A stretch of DNA of 64,000 bases from Candidatus Latescibacterota bacterium (lineage in GTDB: Bacteria > Latescibacterota > UBA2968 > UBA8231), in contig OZ242318.1 in the NCBI GenBank assembly GCA_965208105.1, forward strand, positions 3,296,001-3,360,000, given 5' to 3'. This document shows, piece by piece, positions 40,244 to 48,315 of this stretch (position 1 is the stretch's first letter; every line of letters begins with the position of its first letter). The notes under the pieces were generated by a model that worked only from the letters and a program-made list of their open reading frames with translations, searched no databases and was not told the origin of the DNA. Made by a program: the position numbers and the translations under genes.

Positions 40244-41044
40244 ATGGCAACAACCATGATTGATGATTTCTATAGTTCGGGAGCAGAGCATTACGACGCG
40301 GCGTACAGCGTCAAGGACGATCTGGTGGACAGATACTTCTACCTCGACCTGGCAGATGAGTATGGAGGACCTGTTCTCGAGTTTGGCTGCGGTACCGGGA
40401 GAATCACCTTGCCTCTGGCGCGAAAAGGTGTGAACGTCACGGGGATTGATGCTTCTCATTCCATGCTGGAGGTCCTGCGCGCAAAGCTCGCCGGAGAACG
40501 CGAAGGAGTACGGCGGAGAACGAGGGTAATTGAGGGAGATTTTCGAAACCACAAAATCGGTGACCGGTTTCCCCTCGTAGTAATCCCATTCAGGCCCATG
40601 CAGCATATGTACACTGCGGATGACCAGCTATCGGCTCTGAATAACGCCGGGAGACATTTGGCAGATGGCGGGGTTCTCGCGTTCGATGTGTTCAATCCCA
40701 GTTTCGAAAAAATTCTCGGGGGCATCGGCGAAGAGTACCTGGACCTGGAGTGGCCTGTAGAAGGTGCACCTGGCCGGATGATACGACGCTACTTTGTAAA
40801 GGACGAGATCGATCTGATAAACCTGAATTTCTCGGGCAGGTTCATCTTCAGGTTGTGCGAGGGTGACCAGGTTCTCTCTGAGGAAGTGCAGCCGTTGAAG
40901 ATGAGCTTCTATACCTATCCTCACCTCAAGGCACTTTTCTGCGCTGCAGGTCTTGAGAGTGCAGGAGAATTCGGAGCATTCGATCGGAGACCGATAGGGC
41001 CGGAGGCACCCGAAATGATATTTCTGCTGAAGCGTCGGCGGTAA
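40244..41044 (+). CDS. Class I SAM-dependent methyltransferase
   Basis: VLEFGCGTGR, GIDAS..ML, GDFR and HL..GG.LAFD. Confidence 0.9.
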   Translation: MATTMIDDFYSSGAEHYDAAYSVKDDLVDRYFYLDLADEYGGPVLEFGCGTGRITLPLARKGVNVTGIDASHSMLEVLRAKLAGEREGVRRRTRVIEGDFRNHKIGDRFPLVVIPFRPMQHMYTADDQLSALNNAGRHLADGGVLAFDVFNPSFEKILGGIGEEYLDLEWPVEGAPGRMIRRYFVKDEIDLINLNFSGRFIFRLCEGDQVLSEEVQPLKMSFYTYPHLKALFCAAGLESAGEFGAFDRRPIGPEAPEMIFLLKRRR

Positions 41045-41158
41045 TCCTTTTTGGTTCCACTTTCAATGGCATCCGGTCCAGGTAATCTCCCCCCTCAGCC
41101 TTAGAGGCTAAACGTAATCTGAACTGGAGGTCTTCATATCGCAACTTGCGCGCCCAAA

Positions 41159-41923
41159 ATGGACCTGCCTGACCTTCTCCACATCGAATTCGAGACGAAC
41201 GGAGTTGGATGGATAGGTTACGTCGCTGAACTTCCCGGAGCATTTGTCCGAGGACCCACCGAAGAGGTGAGCTTGTCCAAGGGCGAGAAGGAGGTACGGC
41301 GATACGCGCACTGGCTTGGGCTCGAGCCCAAGGTCTCTTGTTCGCTGCTGCGAACCAGGGTTCATCGAAGCGGACTGTGTGTCGAAGACGCGGACAACGA
41401 AATCCTTCTGGAGTACGACAGGGGGAGGCTGAATCGGTCCACCTTCGATCGATGGTTTCAGATAGCTTTGTTTTCCGGTGCCTGCTTCCAGGAACTGTAC
41501 GATGCTGCGACGCTTCGAGACTGGAGAGATCCGGCTCGAGATCGGGAGACTTTCAACGGAACCGCGCCTTGCTCAATCCGGGAGGTGTATCAGCACGTGG
41601 ATCGCGTACAGGGATACTACCAGCAGTGCCTGGGACTTACACCGGATTTCGGGTCGTGTTCATTCACAGGGCGCAGACGTGAATGCTTGGCGCGCATATC
41701 CGAGTTGTACGGGCGCAACTCAGGACTAAGTGTGCGCCGGGAGGACGGTGAGGAGTGGACGACAGCAAAGGCCCTGCGGCGGTATATCTGGCACGATCGC
41801 ATCCACGCGAAGTCAATCGTCCGTACCTTGCAGAGGCAAATTGAAGAGGGACTTCTCGACCAGTTCCACGATCCCTTCAAGTTCGGAGCCCTGCAGACGG
41901 GTATCCGTTCAGATCTCGTCTGA
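41159..41923 (+). CDS. Hypothetical protein with HicB-like N-terminus and DinB-like C-terminus
   Basis: GYVAELPGAFVRG.T.E; SIREVYQHV and WT..KALRRYIWHDRIH. Confidence 0.65.
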   Translation: MDLPDLLHIEFETNGVGWIGYVAELPGAFVRGPTEEVSLSKGEKEVRRYAHWLGLEPKVSCSLLRTRVHRSGLCVEDADNEILLEYDRGRLNRSTFDRWFQIALFSGACFQELYDAATLRDWRDPARDRETFNGTAPCSIREVYQHVDRVQGYYQQCLGLTPDFGSCSFTGRRRECLARISELYGRNSGLSVRREDGEEWTTAKALRRYIWHDRIHAKSIVRTLQRQIEEGLLDQFHDPFKFGALQTGIRSDLV

Positions 41924-42002
41924 CACCTCCACCTGCGCTGCGCCCCTTCCGCTTCTTGTTGTCCTTCGGCAACCGCTTCGCGGGTTGCAAGTTGAGCATG
42001 TC

Positions 42003-42512
42003 ATGGATTTCACAATTGAGCAAATTGACGAGGGGCACCCGCGGTGGGCGGAATTGACTGCGTTCATTGAGGCAAATGAATTATCACGAAATGGAGTTTA
42101 CGCGGAAAAGTCGGCTCGGTGTCTGCTTGCGGCAATCTTGGGTGACAAAATTGTCGGGTTCTTGATGTTTCGCGTTCAACCGATCGGCCCCGAAGCAGGC
42201 TGTCCGGTTTTATGCGATCGGAATGGAATTGCGCTGACCGAGGCAAAGATACGTTCATTTCTGGTAATTGAAGGTTACAGGGGAAGAGGAATTGGTACGG
42301 CATTACAGAGGGGAGCGTTGGTGCGAGCTGCCGACATGGGAGTGTATCAGGTGAGGTCACGCAGTGATGTTTCACGAAAAGCGAACTACGCTATCAAGCT
42401 AAAGCTTGGCTACGCCGTCAGCCCGGAAATCACCGACGTAAAGGACGACAGCAAGCCGGGTGGTATACGTCGTACCCAAGGTTACTGCTTTGTAAAGCGG
42501 ACCGATTCATAG
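42003..42512 (+). CDS. GNAT-family N-acetyltransferase
   Basis: V...YRGRGIGTAL acetyl-CoA motif; ANY....KLGY. Confidence 0.8.
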   Translation: MDFTIEQIDEGHPRWAELTAFIEANELSRNGVYAEKSARCLLAAILGDKIVGFLMFRVQPIGPEAGCPVLCDRNGIALTEAKIRSFLVIEGYRGRGIGTALQRGALVRAADMGVYQVRSRSDVSRKANYAIKLKLGYAVSPEITDVKDDSKPGGIRRTQGYCFVKRTDS

Positions 42513-42689
42513 TAGAATCCACGTGGGTTTTATCGCGCATCCTCCAACAGCGTGTTTTGCCCTGTGTAACTACGGCGGCTTGGCCTTTGGCAAAACCCGA
42601 TGTCTGGATTGCAGCTCGGCATAAGCCATTCGCAGCAGGGGATTGGGTTTCTATCGTTCCTGCGTTACGTTTCTGCAAAGGAGGGCTTT

Positions 42690-43055
42690 ATGAAAGCTTT
42701 CAGCGTTCGCGAACTGAAAAACAATCCGTCCGCTGCACTACGCGCTGCACGGACACATCCTGTCATTGTACTCAACCGGCATCAGCCGGAGGCCGTTCTG
42801 TTTCACCTCGACGATGATTCGCTACTCGCCGAACCGGGAATCCGCCTCGCGCTCGCCACGGCGTTGTATCGTGACCAAAGCGTCTCACTCGGACAAGCGG
42901 CCCGCTTTTCCGGTATCGGGACTGCCGCTTTCATCCAGCACGTATCCAGGCTTGGCATTCCTGTGGTGCGCGGCAGCCGGGCTTCGGTGTGTGAGGACAC
43001 CGAGGAGATTGAAGCGTTGCGGAAATATTTGTCGCAGCCGACGCAAGCCCCCTGA
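42690..43055 (+). CDS. Phd/YefM plus UPF0175-type antitoxin
   Basis: MKAFSVRELKNNPS.ALR and LALATALY....VSLGQAA..SG.....F..H.S.LGIP; AGGAGG RBS. Confidence 0.8.
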   Translation: MKAFSVRELKNNPSAALRAARTHPVIVLNRHQPEAVLFHLDDDSLLAEPGIRLALATALYRDQSVSLGQAARFSGIGTAAFIQHVSRLGIPVVRGSRASVCEDTEEIEALRKYLSQPTQAP

Positions 43056-43200
43056 GGTGCCTTCAGTTTCTGTACTCATTGGCCTTGACCAGGTCACGCC
43101 GTGGACCGCTCGAGGTTGTCCTCGTTCGCCGGTTAAGAAGGAATGCAACTGTCCATTTTCCTGGCGTTGCCATCACTGAGGTGCTGCCAAATACCTTCAG
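43020..43200 (+). pseudogene. Probable remnant of a DUF3368/PIN toxin gene
   Basis: IFVAADASPL overlaps the antitoxin end; IGL continues in another frame; no start codon and no full ORF. Confidence 0.4.
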
Positions 43201-43291
43201 TACGACTGCGGAACAAAAGTAGGGATTGCTAATGGGAGAGGGACACCGAGATGCAAGGGCGGCGAATCCGGTCCCATACAGAACCAGTTGT

Positions 43292-44026
43292 TTATCGTGT
43301 CTTCAGGTATGACTGGATCTTGGCGAGAAGGCTTGCAGCAAAATTGTGGAAGGATAGTTCGGGAGATGGCTCGCTGTAATCTCCTGTCTCGGCCGCGGTT
43401 GCTGGTGATTTGAGAAGGCATGTGGAGTCGTATTTTCGTTCACGAACCAGCTTGGTAAGCAGGATTTCGGTGCGCTTCACGTAGCTTGCACCACGGAACT
43501 CCTCAAAGACTCTGAAGTGAGGCTCGTAGACGCGCACTGGAGTATTGGCCCGATATGAATCGCCAATCAGCATCAAGTATCCAAGCCACGGTTGAGGAGA
43601 GTCACCGAAAGCTCCATCTCTATACGCAGTCCAGAAGTCCTCGGCGTTACCAAGTGACTCTTCCGTCCTGTTATTCAGGTTGTTGCCATATGAGCTGGCA
43701 ATCGATTTGAACTCGATGGTTGCAAGCAGGCGACCATCGAGGATAACAAGCAAGTCCCATTTCTTTGCTGAGCGATAATATCCCGGTAGTTCGAGCTTGG
43801 TGTCCCGGTAAATTGAACTCGAAGGCAGTCCTTCTTCGGTTAACAGTTGCGTGACGAGATTGATGAATCCATTCATTTGTTTGCCGCCGGTTGCCTGCGA
43901 CCTGCGGCCTCGGTCCCGGGCTTCCTCATCTCCTGATCTGCCCTGCCTTTGGCCCTGGCGCTCCAGAGTCATCCAGTAATGTCTGACAGCGGTTCTCACT
44001 CGGCCTTTCAAGTCCGTTCGAGCCAT
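43292..44026 (-). CDS. PaeR7I/XhoI-family type II restriction endonuclease
   Basis: GKQMNGF, LPGYYR..K.WDL, IEFKS...SYGNN.NNR.EE.LG.A.D.W.AYR and PWLGY. Confidence 0.85.
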   Translation of the reverse strand: MARTDLKGRVRTAVRHYWMTLERQGQRQGRSGDEEARDRGRRSQATGGKQMNGFINLVTQLLTEEGLPSSSIYRDTKLELPGYYRSAKKWDLLVILDGRLLATIEFKSIASSYGNNLNNRTEESLGNAEDFWTAYRDGAFGDSPQPWLGYLMLIGDSYRANTPVRVYEPHFRVFEEFRGASYVKRTEILLTKLVRERKYDSTCLLKSPATAAETGDYSEPSPELSFHNFAASLLAKIQSYLKTR

Positions 44027-45054
44027 TACTTTCTTTCCTGGCAAGCGATTTCGGCCGTGCTGAACAGGCCATCCAGGTCTCTGGAGATTCGGGATCGGGC
44101 CAGTTCCATGTACTCGGGGTCCACCTCGTATCCGATGCTGTTTCTCCCCCAGCGGGCAGCCGCTACGGTGGTTGTGCCTGTCCCGAGAAAGGGATCAAGA
44201 ACGGTGTCACCGACGAAGCTGAACATTCTTACCAGACGTTCCGCAAGCTCCAACGGGAAGGGAGCCGGGTGTCGGCGCGTGGACGCGCCGGCTATGTCTG
44301 ACCAGATTTGGCGGAACCATTTCTGGTAGTTCTCTGCGGAGACTATACTGAGAAGACGTTTTGCCGGGCCAGGTTTACGATATCCCCCCGGTTTTCGTTC
44401 CATCAGCAGAAACTCCACATCGTGTTTGATCACCGCATTAGGTTCATAGGGCTTGCCGAGAAAGCCGCCGCCGGTACCTACTTCGTAGGCGGCATTGGCG
44501 ATCTTGTGCCAGAAGATGGGCGCCAGGTTGTCGTATCCCACTCTCCTGCAGTGCTCCTGAATCGACGCGTGCAGGGGCACTACCTGATGACGGCCGTTGT
44601 TTTTTCTACGAGAAAGGCATACGTCTCCCACGACGCAAACCAAGCGTCCTCCGGGAACCAGGGCCTTGAAACACCTGCGCCATACCTTGTCCAACTGGCG
44701 GAGAAATTTCTCGTAGTCGTTCCAATGGCCAAGTTGGCCGTCGCACTCCCGATATTTTTTGAGGGTCCAATACGGTGGCGAAGTCACCACCAGGTGCACA
44801 CTATTCGGTTCAAGCTGGATCTCGCGAGCATCCCCCACAACCAGTCGGTGCGTGGTGGGCAAACGCCTGACAGCCTCTTCGACTTCTCTCATGCGCTTCT
44901 CGTCACGCGCTATAGCAGGTATAGCAGTCTGGAGGTCTCCAAGTTCTCGCAGGCTCACCGGGACATAAGAGTCCAGGGCGGTGAACTGGCCAGAAAATTT
45001 TGCTGCTTTCACGTGTGATTCTCGGGATGGGGCTGAAACTGATTTGAAGGACAT
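44026..45054 (-). CDS. Beta-class amino-DNA methyltransferase (N6_N4_Mtase)
   Basis: VVTSPPY precedes HPAPFP and VLDPFLGTGTT; TAATG coupling to the endonuclease. Confidence 0.92.
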   Translation of the reverse strand: MSFKSVSAPSRESHVKAAKFSGQFTALDSYVPVSLRELGDLQTAIPAIARDEKRMREVEEAVRRLPTTHRLVVGDAREIQLEPNSVHLVVTSPPYWTLKKYRECDGQLGHWNDYEKFLRQLDKVWRRCFKALVPGGRLVCVVGDVCLSRRKNNGRHQVVPLHASIQEHCRRVGYDNLAPIFWHKIANAAYEVGTGGGFLGKPYEPNAVIKHDVEFLLMERKPGGYRKPGPAKRLLSIVSAENYQKWFRQIWSDIAGASTRRHPAPFPLELAERLVRMFSFVGDTVLDPFLGTGTTTVAAARWGRNSIGYEVDPEYMELARSRISRDLDGLFSTAEIACQERK

Positions 45055-45362
45055 CTGAGCCGAAAACTATGCCAATCAAGGTGATTTGTCCACTTCTGGT
45101 TTCTAATCGCTTCCAACCCAAACATGTCCGAAAATAACCGCGTCTTGATCCAGTGTCCGCCACATTGCGGCGGGAGACATCGGCCATCCGTGCCGGTCGG
45201 TCTCTGCCCCACAAAGTGGGCATGAACAGGGACGGATGGCGATGGGCATGGCGGCTGCCGGAAGAGGTCGTTGCCCCGGAAGGATGTAGAGTGTACGTTA
45301 AACTTTTCGGTTTGTGCCGAATGGCAAAATCCATTGAGACCGGAACAACGAGGAGGAGAAAA

Positions 45363-46463
45363 ATGAAGGACATGCATGGGAAGAAGCTCCGCATTGCTGC
45401 TCTTATTTCCATGGCCGCATTGCTGATGGCTCAAACCAGCACCGCGGACGAGGCGATTACCGTGGTTTCCTGGGGAGGGTCCTACGCGCGCGCCTGCGTC
45501 AAGGGCTACCACGAGCGCTTCACCGCGGAAACGGGAATAGCCATCAACCTCGAAGACTACAACGGCGGGCTGGCGCAGATCCGCGCCCAGGTGGACGTGG
45601 GCAACGTGTACTGGGACGTGGTGGACCTTGAAATCCCCGACATGGTGCGGGGCTGCGACGAGGGACTGCTCGAAGTCATCGAGATCGACTCGTTGGCGCC
45701 CGGTCCCGACGGAACGCCGGCGGCAGAGGACTTTTTCCCTGAAACTGTCACAGACTGCGGCCCGGCCACCATATTCTACTCCACCGTATACGCCTACAAC
45801 GAGAAGAATATCCCGGGCGAGAAGCCTGCTACCATGGCCGACTTTTTCGATCTGGAGAAATTCCCCGGACGCCGCGGGATGCGCCGCTCGCCGCTGGTGA
45901 ATCTGGAGTTCGCCTTGATCGCCGACGGGGTCCCCCTCGATTCGGTTTACGCCACGCTCGATACGCCCGAAGGCGTGGACCGCGCTTTCCGCAAGCTCGA
46001 TACCATCAAGGAGCACATCGTCTGGTGGGAGGCGGGGGCGCAGCCGCCCCAAATGCTGGCCGACGGCGAGGTGGTGATGAGCACGGCCTACAACGGCCGC
46101 ATCTTCAATGCCCAGGTGCTGGAGGACCAGCCATTCGTCATCGTCTGGGACGGCCAGGTGCTGGATTTCGGCGGGCTGGCCATCGTCGCGGGAACGCCCA
46201 AACTCGAGGCTGCGCGGAGGTTCGTCGCCTTTGCAGCAACCGCCCGGTCCATTGCCGATGTCGGCCGCTACATCGCCTACAGCCCGACGCGGAGATCAGC
46301 CGTGCCATTGATCTCGACCCACGCCGAAAAGGGTGTGGACATGATTCCGCACATGCCCACCAGTCCGCAGAATTCCAGCCGCGCTCTGCACAACGACTGG
46401 GAATGGTGGAGCGACCACGGCGACGAGATGAACGAGCGCTTCAGCACCTGGCTGGCCAGGTGA
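45363..46463 (+). CDS. Polyamine-type ABC substrate-binding protein (PotD/PotF-like)
   Basis: Signal peptide, VVSWGGSY, WDVVD, FFDLEKFPGRR and AYNGR; GGAGG RBS. Confidence 0.9.
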   Translation: MKDMHGKKLRIAALISMAALLMAQTSTADEAITVVSWGGSYARACVKGYHERFTAETGIAINLEDYNGGLAQIRAQVDVGNVYWDVVDLEIPDMVRGCDEGLLEVIEIDSLAPGPDGTPAAEDFFPETVTDCGPATIFYSTVYAYNEKNIPGEKPATMADFFDLEKFPGRRGMRRSPLVNLEFALIADGVPLDSVYATLDTPEGVDRAFRKLDTIKEHIVWWEAGAQPPQMLADGEVVMSTAYNGRIFNAQVLEDQPFVIVWDGQVLDFGGLAIVAGTPKLEAARRFVAFAATARSIADVGRYIAYSPTRRSAVPLISTHAEKGVDMIPHMPTSPQNSSRALHNDWEWWSDHGDEMNERFSTWLAR

Positions 46464-46480
46464 GGGAAGGCAAGCGGTTC
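46270..46480 (+). repeat. 211-bp direct repeat, copy A (potD 3' end plus 17 bp)
   Basis: Matches 48039-48249 with about 5 substitutions and no indels. Confidence 0.95.
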
Positions 46481-46535
46481 TCTTGAAGATGATGGGGAGG
46501 ATGGGGGCATCTGCCTCTCTCTGGTTGGATTGCGC

Positions 46536-47111
46536 TCAATCGGACTGGCGCAGAGATGCGCCGGGTGCAACTTCCAACCGTTCACCACAAGAGCCGCAGG
46601 AAATACGAATTTCTATTAGTACATTCGCCAATCGATTTTGAGCCCCACAGTGGGGACAACTAAAATGGCGCGGCTGCAGAGGTTGCGGCAGGAAGCCTGC
46701 ACGGGACGTTTTCCCCAACTGGACGGGAAACATACTTGCGGCGGCGTCCATGGCGTGCACAATTTCAGGCAAAGGGGCCTGAAAGAATTCTTTGTTGGGA
46801 TTGACCCGGTACCCTTGCAATGCCAGGTGGGCTTGGCCTTCTGCGGGGTCCCGATCTGAAACGTGGACGAAGTAGACGAGTTGAAAATCTCTATAAACCG
46901 CACTGGAACTGCTCAATTCGGCTATCCGGACATGGGGAGGCCGTGATGATTGGCCAATTTTGAATACAGGATCAGTAAATGAACGGTTGCGGCATGCGTA
47001 GATCCAGCCCAAGCGTCTGTATTCCCGACGCCTTCTGTCAAAGGAGGCAATTGCAGCAAAACTTCCTATGACCGGATCAATTTTTCCCACCATTGCTCCG
47101 TGCCTTCCCAT
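46536..47111 (-). CDS. T5orf172/GIY-YIG-like nuclease with a C-terminal zinc ribbon
   Basis: GWIY...N......FKIG.S..P..RI.EL, E...H..L..YRVNPNKEFF and CPHC...CGSC. Confidence 0.82.
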   Translation of the reverse strand: MGRHGAMVGKIDPVIGSFAAIASFDRRRREYRRLGWIYACRNRSFTDPVFKIGQSSRPPHVRIAELSSSSAVYRDFQLVYFVHVSDRDPAEGQAHLALQGYRVNPNKEFFQAPLPEIVHAMDAAASMFPVQLGKTSRAGFLPQPLQPRHFSCPHCGAQNRLANVLIEIRISCGSCGERLEVAPGASLRQSD

Positions 47112-47268
47112 CTTTCGTCAACTATTTTTTAGAATAGGTCAAAATGGTTCAGTATCCTCGGCCCTTAAAGGTGGACTTGCCCAATTGACAGCCGGCCCTC
47201 CTGTGCGAGCAACTGATCCCACAATCCGAGGAGTTGCTGGCACACCCGATTATCTTTGACGAAAAAGG

Positions 47269-47297
47269 TTGAATGGATATATCTAATTAGTTATAGT
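47269..47297 (+). promoter_or_regulatory. TA promoter with an overlapping palindromic operator
   Basis: TTGAAT-17 bp-TATAGT; imperfect palindrome TATAtCTAATTAGtTATA; ATG 6 bp after the -10 box. Confidence 0.6.
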
Positions 47298-47302
47298 CAA
47301 TT

Positions 47303-47689
47303 ATGGAGCGTAAGGGAGTACCCCTCAGAAAAGTCCGGTGGGTTGGAGATTGTAGAGAGCAAATACTGCGGTTTCCCAACCAGGTCCGCAAAGATATCGG
47401 GCATGCGCTCTACCTGGCGCAGACCGGACAAACGCCGCCCTCTGCCAAGCCAATGAGAGGCATTGAGCCGGGCGTATTCGAGATTGTCAGTAATTTTTCT
47501 ACAAACACCTACCGTGCCGTCTATACGGTCAAGATTGGCAGAAGCCTTTACGTGCTTCATGCATTTCAGAAGAAATCAAAAAGAGGGACCGCCACCCCTA
47601 AGAAAGATCTCGATTCAATCAAAGGACGGTTGAGACGAGCCAAGGAGCTGGATAAACAGGAGAGGAAAAACCATGACAGGGGAAATTAA
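47303..47689 (+). CDS. RelE/ParE-family toxin (Gp49/DUF891 type)
   Basis: FP..VRKDIG.AL..AQ.G, KPM.G...GV.EI, YRAVY and YVLHAFQKKS. Confidence 0.9.
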   Translation: MERKGVPLRKVRWVGDCREQILRFPNQVRKDIGHALYLAQTGQTPPSAKPMRGIEPGVFEIVSNFSTNTYRAVYTVKIGRSLYVLHAFQKKSKRGTATPKKDLDSIKGRLRRAKELDKQERKNHDRGN

Positions 47690-47999
47690 GGTTCGACAGA
47701 GCAGTGGCAACATTTTTGCCGATTTGGGATTTAGTGAAGAGGAAGCGAAAGAAGAGTTGCTCAAAGCCCAACTTGGCGCGGAGATTTTTCGGATTCTCGC
47801 ACACCGCAAGCTCACTCAGACGAAGGCAGCTGAGATTTTAGAAGTTAAGCAGCCAGAAATTTCCCGGCTTAAAAGCGGCAAGTTTTCCTATTACAGCGTC
47901 GAACGGCTGATGCGGTTTCTGGAGCGCCTGAATTGCGAGGTGAGCATTCATATTGCCTGGCCCGAAAGTGAAGGGGCCAAGAAGGTCATAGCGATATAG
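47673..47999 (+). CDS. XRE/HTH_37 antitoxin
   Basis: SSGNIFADLG and LTQ..AA..L...QPEISRL..G....YS.ERL. Confidence 0.9.
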   Translation: MTGEIKVRQSSGNIFADLGFSEEEAKEELLKAQLGAEIFRILAHRKLTQTKAAEILEVKQPEISRLKSGKFSYYSVERLMRFLERLNCEVSIHIAWPESEGAKKVIAI

Positions 48000-48038
48000 T
48001 CAGAGTCCCCACCCGACGACGAATCGCAGCGGTGCCGA

Positions 48039-48249
48039 ACATCGCCTACAGCCCGACGCGGAGATCAGCCGTGCCATTGATCTCGACCCACGCCGAAAAA
48101 GGGGTGGACATGATTCTGCACATGCCCACCAGTCCGCAGAATTCCAGCCGCGCTCTACGCAACGACTGGGAATGGTGGAGCGACCACGGCGACGAGATGA
48201 ACGAGCGCTTCAGCACCTGGCTGGCCAGGTGAGGGAAGGCAAGCGGTTC
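48039..48249 (+). repeat. 211-bp direct repeat, copy B (orphan potD 3' fragment)
   Basis: Encodes IAYSPTRRSAVP...FSTWLAR*, near-identical to the potD C-terminus. Confidence 0.95.
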
Positions 48250-48315
48250 AGGGTAGTCGGCTGGAGTGTCGTCTACAAAAGTTGATTCCGGGGTATTTAA
48301 GGAGAGTTCCCAGAA

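Noticed and set aside
45322-45338. Sigma54-like TGGCA...TTG upstream of potD
   Set aside because: Spacing is one base too long and the -12 GC is absent
48032-48232. 66-aa ORF as an independent small protein
   Set aside because: It is the duplicated potD C-terminus, with no RBS or signal peptide
46270-48249. 211-bp repeat pair as a DGR template/variable repeat
   Set aside because: Differences are not confined to adenines of one copy and no reverse transcriptase is in the window
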